Source: Ginsengibacter sp.
GTDB taxonomy: Bacteria > Bacteroidota > Bacteroidia > Chitinophagales > Chitinophagaceae
Reading direction: 5' to 3'
DNA length: 41,357 bases
Assembly: GCA_039935555.1 (NCBI GenBank)
Contig: JBDTKB010000320.1
Span: 1 to 41,357, forward strand
This document shows, piece after piece, positions 1 through 8,244 of this stretch (the stretch's first letter is position 1; every line of letters begins with the position of its first letter). The notes beneath the pieces are model-generated. The model had not been told where the DNA came from and did not search any database. It saw only the letters and a list, made by a program, of their open reading frames with translations. The position numbers were made by a program, and so were the translations under genes.

Positions 1-2082
1 CTTTGCTGGAGTGTCTTTAAAGATTTGGACGGGGCCGCATTGCATAATCTCTTTACAACAGAAAAAGGAATACCTGATCTCATAAATAATTATGGGCGCA
101 CTAATCTTCAATTTAGCAAATTCGTAAGAGAGCCTTTGCTTTTACGCCCAACAGCAAGGTTGCTAACGAACGTAGTCGATATCATTAAAATTATGGATGA
201 GGAAGGAGGCGCTAAAAGGGCTTTAATATTTGAACACCTAATCGGCAAAGTTGAGATAGAAGCGCAGAACGGCCAGGTGTATGCGCCAGGCAATGTTGTC
301 AAGCTTATGGTAGAATTGATGCAACCAACTTCGGCCGATTTGATTTGGGATCCTTGTGCGGGCAATGCAAATTTTTTGATAAACTGTGCTACTTATATCA
401 AGCTTAAAAATTCATCTGCTATTAATAATTTTAATGAAAATTTTTACGCAGGAATTTGTACTGGTATAGAAACAGATCCCATTCAGCTTCGGATTGGCGC
501 AATGAATATGATCATACATTCAATTAATAACCCTAAATTAGACAGCCAAAATATTTTAAATGAGGTTGCCACTATTGAGCCAGGGCAGGCCTCGTTGATC
601 ATGTCAAATTTATTTTTTGATGATGCCTCCGCAAAAACACAAATCGTCGCAAACAAGTCACAAGGCGTAAACGACAGAAAAGAAATTCAATTCTTACATC
701 TTATTGTAAAACATCTTAAAAAAGGAGGAAGGGCAGCCGTACTTGTGCCGGAATACATTTTATATAATAACGCACCGGATATTAAAACAATACGTCAGCT
801 TATTATTGATGAACATAAATTGGAAGCCATAATTACATTGCCACATAGCGCTGGCAAAATATTTTCAGGCGCATGTATTTTAATAATAGACGATTCAACA
901 TCCGGAACCACTGATGACGTATGGTTGTATAAAATGAATGCATCGATAAATAAAACATTGCCCGACGATACTACCCTAAAAGAAAATAATGTTTGGGAAA
1001 GTTTCGATGATTATAATAATATTAATGACCTTTTAACGGAATTTAAAAATAAAAAACAGGAGGCAGACAGATCGCGTACTGAAAATAGTTTTTATGTAAC
1101 CGCAGAAGAAATTAAAGACAATAACTATAATCTTTGCTTTAATGAGTATAGAAAAGTAGCGTCACCCAAACATATTAATACAACGGCAGAAGTACCTGGT
1201 ATCTCTACAAAGAAAAACCTTACGTTACTAACTATAAAACCAAAATTTAATATTGACTTACTAAAAAGAAAATTTAATTTATCAAGAATAAAAATTGATG
1301 CACCAGGAATAAAATTTGATATACTAAAAACAAAATTAGATTTACGAAGAATAAAACTTGACCTACCAAGAATAAAACCAGATTTCCTAAGGACAAAATT
1401 TCATTTACGAAGAATAAAACTTGACCTACAAAAAATAAAATTTGATCCGGTAAAGATAAAATTAGGCCAACGCTTACAACTGCTCATTAAAAAAACACCC
1501 ACTTTCGTTGCGGCTTCAATTTTTATTTTTATTGCTGCGATAGCTTCCTATTTTATATTTTTTAGAAACAAAAATAGCTGGCCTGCAAATATTTCTCTTA
1601 AAAATGAGCTACCTCGTAAAGGAGCTATTACTGAAATAAAAGCTGCGCCAATTGTGATTGTCAACGACCCCGCACCTTCCCTATCGCAAGAACAAATCAA
1701 GGCGATTCTTTATGATACGGCTGGGATAAATCATTTTAATGCGCAGCCAAATAATGAATTGCCTGTGCAAGCAGATTCGGCTCATGAATTGAATAACGAT
1801 AATGATCAGACAAGTCAAAATGATTTTGAGAGTACGGCTGACGCCGGAGTTCAGTCGTATGAAAACAATCTGCAGGTAAAATACAAAGTGGTGGATACTA
1901 CATTCTTTCACGATGAGCCGATTGTCGGTTCCAGCAGGAAAACATTCCTGGATCCTTTGAAAAATAATGTATTGAACTCCCTTCAAGATAAGAATGGATT
2001 TATTTATATCGTGTACACTAACGCGTTAGGCCGCACTTCAAAAGGATGGATCAGCAAAAAAGACCTGAAGCCTTTAAGGTAA
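1..2082 (+). CDS. 5'-partial HsdM-like (N-6 DNA methylase fold) protein with degenerate catalytic motifs, fused to a basic repeat, a TM helix and a C-terminal SH3-like domain
   Basis: Frame 1 is open from base 1 (LCWSVFKDL...), so the true start is probably upstream of the window. The protein is colinear with type I HsdM: QNGQVYAP..VVKLMVELMQP, DPCAGNANFL, LRIGAMNMIIH, IMSNLFF, LKKGGRAAVLVP, SGTTDDVWLY, RTENSF, YNLCFNEY. Hydrophobic stretch FVAASIFIFIAAIASYFIFF at 1504-1563. Confidence 0.8.
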   Translation, partial: LCWSVFKDLDGAALHNLFTTEKGIPDLINNYGRTNLQFSKFVREPLLLRPTARLLTNVVDIIKIMDEEGGAKRALIFEHLIGKVEIEAQNGQVYAPGNVVKLMVELMQPTSADLIWDPCAGNANFLINCATYIKLKNSSAINNFNENFYAGICTGIETDPIQLRIGAMNMIIHSINNPKLDSQNILNEVATIEPGQASLIMSNLFFDDASAKTQIVANKSQGVNDRKEIQFLHLIVKHLKKGGRAAVLVPEYILYNNAPDIKTIRQLIIDEHKLEAIITLPHSAGKIFSGACILIIDDSTSGTTDDVWLYKMNASINKTLPDDTTLKENNVWESFDDYNNINDLLTEFKNKKQEADRSRTENSFYVTAEEIKDNNYNLCFNEYRKVASPKHINTTAEVPGISTKKNLTLLTIKPKFNIDLLKRKFNLSRIKIDAPGIKFDILKTKLDLRRIKLDLPRIKPDFLRTKFHLRRIKLDLQKIKFDPVKIKLGQRLQLLIKKTPTFVAASIFIFIAAIASYFIFFRNKNSWPANISLKNELPRKGAITEIKAAPIVIVNDPAPSLSQEQIKAILYDTAGINHFNAQPNNELPVQADSAHELNNDNDQTSQNDFESTADAGVQSYENNLQVKYKVVDTTFFHDEPIVGSSRKTFLDPLKNNVLNSLQDKNGFIYIVYTNALGRTSKGWISKKDLKPLR
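1261..1449 (+). repeat. Imperfect in-frame tandem repeat, 3 x 63 nt with a 21-nt sub-period
   Basis: Units start at 1261, 1324 and 1387. ATTTACGAAGAATAAAACTTGACCTAC is identical at 1340-1366 and 1403-1429. Encodes roughly (I/T/R)K(F/L)(D/N)xxx heptads. Confidence 0.9.
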
Positions 2083-2266
2083 ATCGAAAGTACTTCCTGA
2101 CAAACATTTCTTGTCTGAATAAATATTTATCTAACACTTATCTGGTTCATTAATTTCTTACGTAGATGAAACGCAATAAAAATTAAAATTTAAATCAGAT
2201 GTTGCGCTTTTCTTAAATCAATATTTATAATTACTTTCCGCCGCCGCCATTTCATTCCACATTTAT

Positions 2267-2274
2267 TATGTTTG
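2267..2274 (+). promoter_or_regulatory. Bacteroidota sigma-A -7 element (TAnnTTTG) for the DUF2911 gene
   Basis: TATGTTTG is an exact consensus match ending 14 nt before ATG 2289. It overlaps the alternative ATG at 2268, which favours 2289 as the start. Confidence 0.55.
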
Positions 2275-2288
2275 TACAAATTACAATT

Positions 2289-3125
2289 ATGAAAAAAATT
2301 ATGACAATTGCTTTGGCTTCCCTTATATCCTTTACCGGAGCCTACTCGCAGGTAAACATGCCTGCCCTTAGCCCTACACAAACAATTAGCCAGGACTTTG
2401 GGTTGGGTAAAATAGAATTAACATATAGTCGCCCGGGTATTAAAGGCCGTGAAGTATTTGGTGTAAATAGTGAGTTGGTTCCTCTTGGAAAGCCTTGGAG
2501 AACCGGAGCAAATTCAGCAACAAAAATCACCTTCACAGATAATGTTTCTTTTGGAGGCAAACTAATTGACACTGGCACTTACGTTATTTATACTATTCCA
2601 AATAAGAACCAATGGGACATCGTTTTAAGCAAAGGCACGGCTTACCCGGGATCAGATGGTTTTAAAGAGAGTGATGATGTACTTCATTATAAAGCACCTG
2701 TTATGGCTGTTAAAAGAATAGAAACTTTTACCATGCAATTTTTTAATATAAAAAATGAAAGCTGTGAGCTTCATTTGATGTGGGGAAATACTGATGTTTC
2801 TGTTCCGATTACCACAAACATAAAAGAGCGTATACGCGCCCAGTTAGAAGAGGCTTTAAAAGGCGATAAAAAACCGTATTACCAGGCTGCAAATTTCTAT
2901 TTTGATTATGATAAAAACTATGCAAAGGCTTTGGAAAATGTTGATAAATCAACTTCTGAAAATCCAAAAGCATATTATATGTTTTTGCAAAAAGCAAAAA
3001 TTCAAAAGGCAATGGGCGATAAGGCCGGTGCACGGGCAAGTGCAATGAAAACAATTGACTTAGCCAAAGAAGCGAAAAATGCTGATTATGTAAACTTTGG
3101 TAACAAATTATTAAAGCAACTTTAA
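2289..3125 (+). CDS. DUF2911 domain secreted protein with C-terminal TPR-like helices
   Basis: Signal peptide MKKIMTIALASLISFTGAYSQ. Motifs SP..TISQDFGL, YSRPG.KGR.VFG, PWRTGAN.ATKI, GTY.IYTIP are typical of DUF2911. Confidence 0.85.
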   Translation: MKKIMTIALASLISFTGAYSQVNMPALSPTQTISQDFGLGKIELTYSRPGIKGREVFGVNSELVPLGKPWRTGANSATKITFTDNVSFGGKLIDTGTYVIYTIPNKNQWDIVLSKGTAYPGSDGFKESDDVLHYKAPVMAVKRIETFTMQFFNIKNESCELHLMWGNTDVSVPITTNIKERIRAQLEEALKGDKKPYYQAANFYFDYDKNYAKALENVDKSTSENPKAYYMFLQKAKIQKAMGDKAGARASAMKTIDLAKEAKNADYVNFGNKLLKQL

Positions 3126-3388
3126 GTATGTTGAAAGCAGGATAATTTCATACATAAATTGTTTAAAAGCAAAATATCGAAATGAAAATTTTAGACTAAA
3201 CCATATGCAAGCCAGGTTTATATAACTAAAATATCTTTTTTGAATATTGAAATTATTTCTTTCGTTCAGCCTATTTATCTAAAAGTTTGCATAAATTAGA
3301 TTTTACATTAATCCGGAATTAAAATATTAATAGAATTCCCTACTGTCATTTACCCAAACTTCTATAACAATTAAAAAAACTAAGTCTT

Positions 3389-3979
3389 ATGAAACAAAGA
3401 TTTCTTTCCGCCCCTTACGTTTTGATTTTAGCCGTTGCCATTTTATTCGCGTCATGTTCTAAAACAGGTTCTACCGGGCCCGCCGGACCAGCCGGACCAG
3501 CAGGCTCTCAAGGTGCAAGTGGAGCAAGTGGAGCAACGGGAGCCACAGGAAGTGCAAATGTTATTTATTCTCCATGGTTAAATGTTACTTACAGCGGAGA
3601 CGACAGTTCCGGATGGAGCGCCTCGATAGCCGCGCCTAAACTTGTGGATTCAATTTTAAATAAAGGAGAAATAAAGGTTTACTTCAACGCAGGAAGTGAT
3701 TCAACCAGTGGCCAGGTGGTGATTGCATTGCCTGTTTACGAGCCCTTCCTTGTAGGCGCAATCATTAATCCGTATTACACTCCGCAGTTGATTACACTAA
3801 TATCGTCCGCCAACGTGAGTTCATTTACCATAAGAACCTATCATTATTTTCAATATAGATATGTTTTGATCCCAGGTGGAATTACCGCTTTACCTGTATC
3901 GGCTAATGGTACAAAAGCAACCAGTATAAACTGGAACGATTATAACCAGGTAAAAAAATATTTGAATTTGAAAGATTAG
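3389..3979 (+). CDS. Collagen-like (short G-X-Y repeat) lipoprotein
   Basis: Lipobox LFASC, then 10 G-X-Y triplets (3467-3556), then ANVIYSPW ... YRYVLIPGG ... DYNQVKKYLNL, an architecture common in Bacteroidota. Confidence 0.85.
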   Translation: MKQRFLSAPYVLILAVAILFASCSKTGSTGPAGPAGPAGSQGASGASGATGATGSANVIYSPWLNVTYSGDDSSGWSASIAAPKLVDSILNKGEIKVYFNAGSDSTSGQVVIALPVYEPFLVGAIINPYYTPQLITLISSANVSSFTIRTYHYFQYRYVLIPGGITALPVSANGTKATSINWNDYNQVKKYLNLKD

Positions 3980-4002
3980 TATCAATTCGTTTCAAACGTA
4001 GA

Positions 4003-4036
4003 AAAAAAGGGAATTCTTTGCGGAATTCCCTTTTTT
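4003..4036. terminator. Intrinsic terminator, probably bidirectional
   Basis: AAAAAA-GGGAATTC-tttgcg-GAATTCCC-TTTTTT, starting 24 nt after the lipoprotein stop. Confidence 0.85.
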
Positions 4037-4636
4037 CTTATATGCAATCCAGGCTTCAATCGTAAGGGCATAATTTCGCTGAAATAACAGCTATTCAGTT
4101 ATATAAATTATAAGCGCGTTTTACTATTGTTTGTGCTCATTTCACTATTAAATTTTGGAAAAAAGGATTTTTGGAAAAAATTTTCAAATAAAAAGGGTTA
4201 AAAAATTGCCTTGGACATCATCACTTTTTTTAATATAAATCCAATACAGTTGCGACTTTAAAGATTCTTCGATGTGCTTTGACATGATATAATCGCTTCT
4301 AAGTTGGAAAAACTAAAATATTATAGCGTCGTAAATTGCGTTTAATACGGAGGGAATAAGAGTAAATGATGGAAAAGTGAAACAGAAAATTAAACCCCGA
4401 GTTATTAAATACTAACAATTTAAGAATCTCATATCAAGCAATCGTAAGGGTCGTCTTGTTTCTACAGGAGGGCCTGTTTTTTTTAGTTTTGTGAAAGTAC
4501 ATATTATTGATGATTTGCGAAAATTTTTTTGGTTTTTATTTAAATTATATGAATTTTATAAAGATTAGAAAAAGCAAGCACATTGGGTTTCGAAGATTTC
4601 CTTCACACCACATAAGTTAATATCTATCAGGGAAAA

Positions 4637-7267
4637 GTGCATTTATTGTTTCCCTATCTTTACAACAAAAATTTCCTGAATTTTCCACCCATATACAAAA
4701 AAATCCGGTCCATCTCGCCTAAATTATATTGGAGAGAAATTTTAGCAGCCTTAATGATTTTGCTGGCCTTCATTTTTTTTCGTAGCGAAAGAAAAGAGCT
4801 TCAGCAGATTATTCCAAACATTGAAAATGCTTATATCAATTGGTTGCTCGCCGGCGTTGGCGTTACTCTATTATATATTTTGCTTCAAAGCGGCATGTAT
4901 GTTACCAGTTTCGCTTCAATTGGTCTCTCGTTAAAATGGGTTGACTCTATCGAATTATTTTTAAAAAGAAATATTTTAAGCATTTTTTTGCCGGCAGGCG
5001 GCGTAAGTGCACTCGCATATACACCATCACAACTTCGAAAGCGGGGATTTAATAAACCGCAAATACACCAAGCTAGCGGATTGTATGCATTTGCCGGCTT
5101 GTTCACGGTTTTCCTGGTGGGGTTCCCTGTGATTATTCTTTTTGCCTTATCTGCAAAAGAACATGTAAAAAGTGCCACTATAAGCCTTGTTTTGGTATTA
5201 CTTGTTTTAGCGGGTATTATTTGGATAGCCAAGTCGCTGAAGGAAAAAGGGAAACTCTACAGGTTTGTTGTGAAAAAAATACCCGCGACTGCGCCGGTTA
5301 TTGATGAGCTATTTGCGGCAAACGTCAATAATAAAAAATATTCCACCACCATTCTATTTTCTTCCGGGGTTGAAATAACAGGCATGTTTCACATATATAT
5401 CGCCATGCTTGCATTGGGACTTCCTGCCTCGTTTACCGTTGCGGCCATTGCCTATATAGTTTCTGTGTTGCTCATGATAACTTCTCCTTTTTTGCGAGGC
5501 CTTGGCGCAGTGGAAATCTCCCTGGTTTACATATTAGAAATGTATGGCTATTCTACGGTTCAGGCTTTATCAATTACCGTTCTTTACCGGCTTTTTGAAT
5601 TCTGGCTCCCGATGATATTTGGCATTCTGGCATTTGCCTGGCGGGGCCGGCATTTATTCGTGCGAATAATTCCTGCCTTACTTATTTTTTCATTAGGACT
5701 TATAAATATCATTTCCGTTGTTACGCCGCCATTGCACCCGCGCCTTAAATTAATCCGGCAGTTTCTGCCACTTGAAGCTATTAATGCTTCGAATGTGTTG
5801 GTTTTATTTGTTGGGCTTGCGCTTTTAATTACGTCGGCATTTATGTTTAAAGGACTTAAAAACGCATGGAGGCTTGCACTTTTACTTTCTATTTTATCCC
5901 TCATAGGTAATCTTACAAAAGCTTTTGACTACGAAGAAGCGACTGTTGCGGGAATAATTATTATTTTATTATTAATGAGCCGCAGCCAGTATCGAATAAG
6001 AAGTAGCGTTAAATGGATCCGGCTCGGTTTATTGTCAGTTGCCGTTATCTTTTTGTCTGTTTTAATTTTTGGATACATAAGTTTTTATTTTATTGATGTA
6101 AAACATTTTGGAATAGATTTTACCTGGCGGCAATCGTTGCTCTACACAATGCAGATTTTTTTGTTAGGTGGCGAAAATAATTTACATCCGCTCACACCTT
6201 TTGGGCATCAATTTATCTGGTTGATCCATATTTTGGGCTTTGTAACATGGGGCTTTCTTTTGTTTACGCTGATAAAACCCTTTCTTAAAATAGAACCCGT
6301 AAATGAATCAGGAAGAGAAAGAGCAAAATTTTTATTATCGCAATATGGAAACAGTTCCATCGATTATTTTAAAATTTATAAGGACAAGCTTTTTTTCTTT
6401 TCTGAACTGCATGATGCCTTCGTCTCCTACCGGATTGCCAACGGATTTGCCATTGTTTTAGAAGAACCGGTTTGCGCGGAAGAACACAAAATGGAGGTGC
6501 TCGCTGAATTTTATAAGCAATGCAGCATTATGGGTTTACGCACCGCTTTTTACCGTGTTGACCAAAACAGCATTCTATGGTTCGACCAGCTTCGCAAGCA
6601 AAAAATATTTATAGGGCAAGAGGCGATTTTAGATTTAAGTACTTTTAAATTAGAGGGAAAAGATAAAAAATCTTTAAGAAACTCATTAAACAGTTTGGAG
6701 AAAAAAGGCTTCACAGCCAAAGTGTATAAAGCACCGCTTACCAATGATTTGGTACATAAGTTGCAAACTATTTCAGATGAATGGTTAATTGAATTTGATA
6801 AAGAAGAACAACTTTTTTCACAAGGCATGTTTGATGCAAAAGAAATTATTTCACAGGATGTAATTTCTATTGCTGACGGAGAAGGAAACATCGTGGCATT
6901 CTTAAATATCATCCCTGATTATTCGCCCGACGAATGTACTTATGACCTTATAAGAAAAACAGCCGAAGCACCTTCAGGATGTATGGATGCATTAATTATT
7001 AAAATGGTTGAATATGCAAAAGAAAATAAATTTCATTACATAAATCTTGGACTGGTTCCTATGACAGGCATCACCGAACCTAATAGCCCAGCCGAGCAAT
7101 TGATAAAGTATGCCGGTGAAAAATTAAAAAGGTTTAAACATTATCACGGGCTGCGTGATTTTAAAGAAAAATATGCAACCATTTGGGAGGATAAATTCCT
7201 CGTATATGAATCCGACTACGACTTGCTGCAACTGCCAGCAGCGCTAAATAAAGTTATGCAACCTTAA
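4637..7267 (+). CDS. mprF: MprF-like bifunctional aminoacyl(lysyl)-phosphatidylglycerol flippase/synthetase (start uncertain)
   Basis: Multi-TM N-terminal part (PAGG.S, GLGAVE, YRLFEFWLP, KAFDYEEA) and a C-terminal DUF2156-type synthetase domain (DKLFFFS, IGQEA, YDLIRK, GCMDAL, NLGLVP, GLRDFKEKY). Confidence 0.85.
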   Translation: MHLLFPYLYNKNFLNFPPIYKKIRSISPKLYWREILAALMILLAFIFFRSERKELQQIIPNIENAYINWLLAGVGVTLLYILLQSGMYVTSFASIGLSLKWVDSIELFLKRNILSIFLPAGGVSALAYTPSQLRKRGFNKPQIHQASGLYAFAGLFTVFLVGFPVIILFALSAKEHVKSATISLVLVLLVLAGIIWIAKSLKEKGKLYRFVVKKIPATAPVIDELFAANVNNKKYSTTILFSSGVEITGMFHIYIAMLALGLPASFTVAAIAYIVSVLLMITSPFLRGLGAVEISLVYILEMYGYSTVQALSITVLYRLFEFWLPMIFGILAFAWRGRHLFVRIIPALLIFSLGLINIISVVTPPLHPRLKLIRQFLPLEAINASNVLVLFVGLALLITSAFMFKGLKNAWRLALLLSILSLIGNLTKAFDYEEATVAGIIIILLLMSRSQYRIRSSVKWIRLGLLSVAVIFLSVLIFGYISFYFIDVKHFGIDFTWRQSLLYTMQIFLLGGENNLHPLTPFGHQFIWLIHILGFVTWGFLLFTLIKPFLKIEPVNESGRERAKFLLSQYGNSSIDYFKIYKDKLFFFSELHDAFVSYRIANGFAIVLEEPVCAEEHKMEVLAEFYKQCSIMGLRTAFYRVDQNSILWFDQLRKQKIFIGQEAILDLSTFKLEGKDKKSLRNSLNSLEKKGFTAKVYKAPLTNDLVHKLQTISDEWLIEFDKEEQLFSQGMFDAKEIISQDVISIADGEGNIVAFLNIIPDYSPDECTYDLIRKTAEAPSGCMDALIIKMVEYAKENKFHYINLGLVPMTGITEPNSPAEQLIKYAGEKLKRFKHYHGLRDFKEKYATIWEDKFLVYESDYDLLQLPAALNKVMQP

Positions 7268-7277
7268 TAGAACACCT

Positions 7278-7955
7278 ATGAAACGGGCCGCAAAATTCTT
7301 TTTCATTTCTCTTTTATTTATTTCCTTTATGTCAAGCGCTTTTGCCCAAAATTTTCCTGTAAAAGTTTGGGACGCCCCAACGCATGAGAAGCCTTTGATC
7401 TTTTATATTTCCGGCGATGGAGGCCTGAATAATTTTAGCTCAGACCTATGCGATGGGCTAAATAAAAAAGGTTATGACGTATGTGCTTTAAATGCAAAAA
7501 GTTATTTCTACGATAAAAAAACTCCTGAACAAACTACCAACGATATCAACAATTATTTATCCCAAAAATTGAGTGGAAGAAGCGGCCAGCAAATTGTACT
7601 GATTGGATATTCTTTTGGTGCTGATGTTTTACCTTTTGTGTTAAACAGGCTTTCAAAAAAAATACTGGATCAAACAAGAGTTTCGTTTCTCATGGCTGCG
7701 TCAGGAAGTACAGATTTTGAAATTCATTGGTCAGATATATTCGGCGGCAATGCAAAAAGAAGCATGGATGTCGTTAGTGAAATCAACAAGCTCGGGAACA
7801 CAAAAATTGTAATTATTAACGCCAGTGATGACGGCTATTTAGATGTGAGAAAAATTACTTTAAAAAAATACACACACGAGATGCTGCCAGGTGGTCATCA
7901 TTTTGATGGAGCTACCGGTGAAATTGTAAAAGTGATGTTAAACGATATGGAATAA
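7278..7955 (+). CDS. AcvB/VirJ-family alpha/beta hydrolase (putative lysyl-PG hydrolase)
   Basis: Signal peptide; ISGDGG, nucleophile elbow GYSFG and PGGHHF. Starts 10 nt downstream of the mprF-like gene. Confidence 0.85.
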   Translation: MKRAAKFFFISLLFISFMSSAFAQNFPVKVWDAPTHEKPLIFYISGDGGLNNFSSDLCDGLNKKGYDVCALNAKSYFYDKKTPEQTTNDINNYLSQKLSGRSGQQIVLIGYSFGADVLPFVLNRLSKKILDQTRVSFLMAASGSTDFEIHWSDIFGGNAKRSMDVVSEINKLGNTKIVIINASDDGYLDVRKITLKKYTHEMLPGGHHFDGATGEIVKVMLNDME

Positions 7956-8244
7956 CGTTTACGCATACCTGCAAAAGTTTTTTAATTATTTTTCCTTTTG
8001 ATGTAACCGGTTATTACAGAGGAATTGCAGGATGGTATGAAGGTAACAAAATTTGATTATAATCATTAATTATACGCCCTGATTACCTGGTTTAAAAATT
8101 CAATCATGATTTTACATGGATCATTGAAAAAAAAATTGATCAAATTCATAGGGAATTTTTTTATGCTGAATAATGTCCTTATCTTTTAATCTAATTAGAA
8201 CACCTTACTATTTTCGCTGAACCTGCTACCAATAATTTAATTTA

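Noticed and set aside
1261-1449. Repeat considered as a CRISPR array
   Set aside because: In-frame, imperfect and contiguous, with no unique spacers and no cas genes.
3467-3556. 9-nt periodic GC-rich repeat
   Set aside because: Fully explained by G-X-Y collagen-like codons of a common Bacteroidota lipoprotein type.
4153-4180. TTTTGGAAAAAA direct repeat, period 16
   Set aside because: Low complexity in AT-rich DNA; no supporting context.
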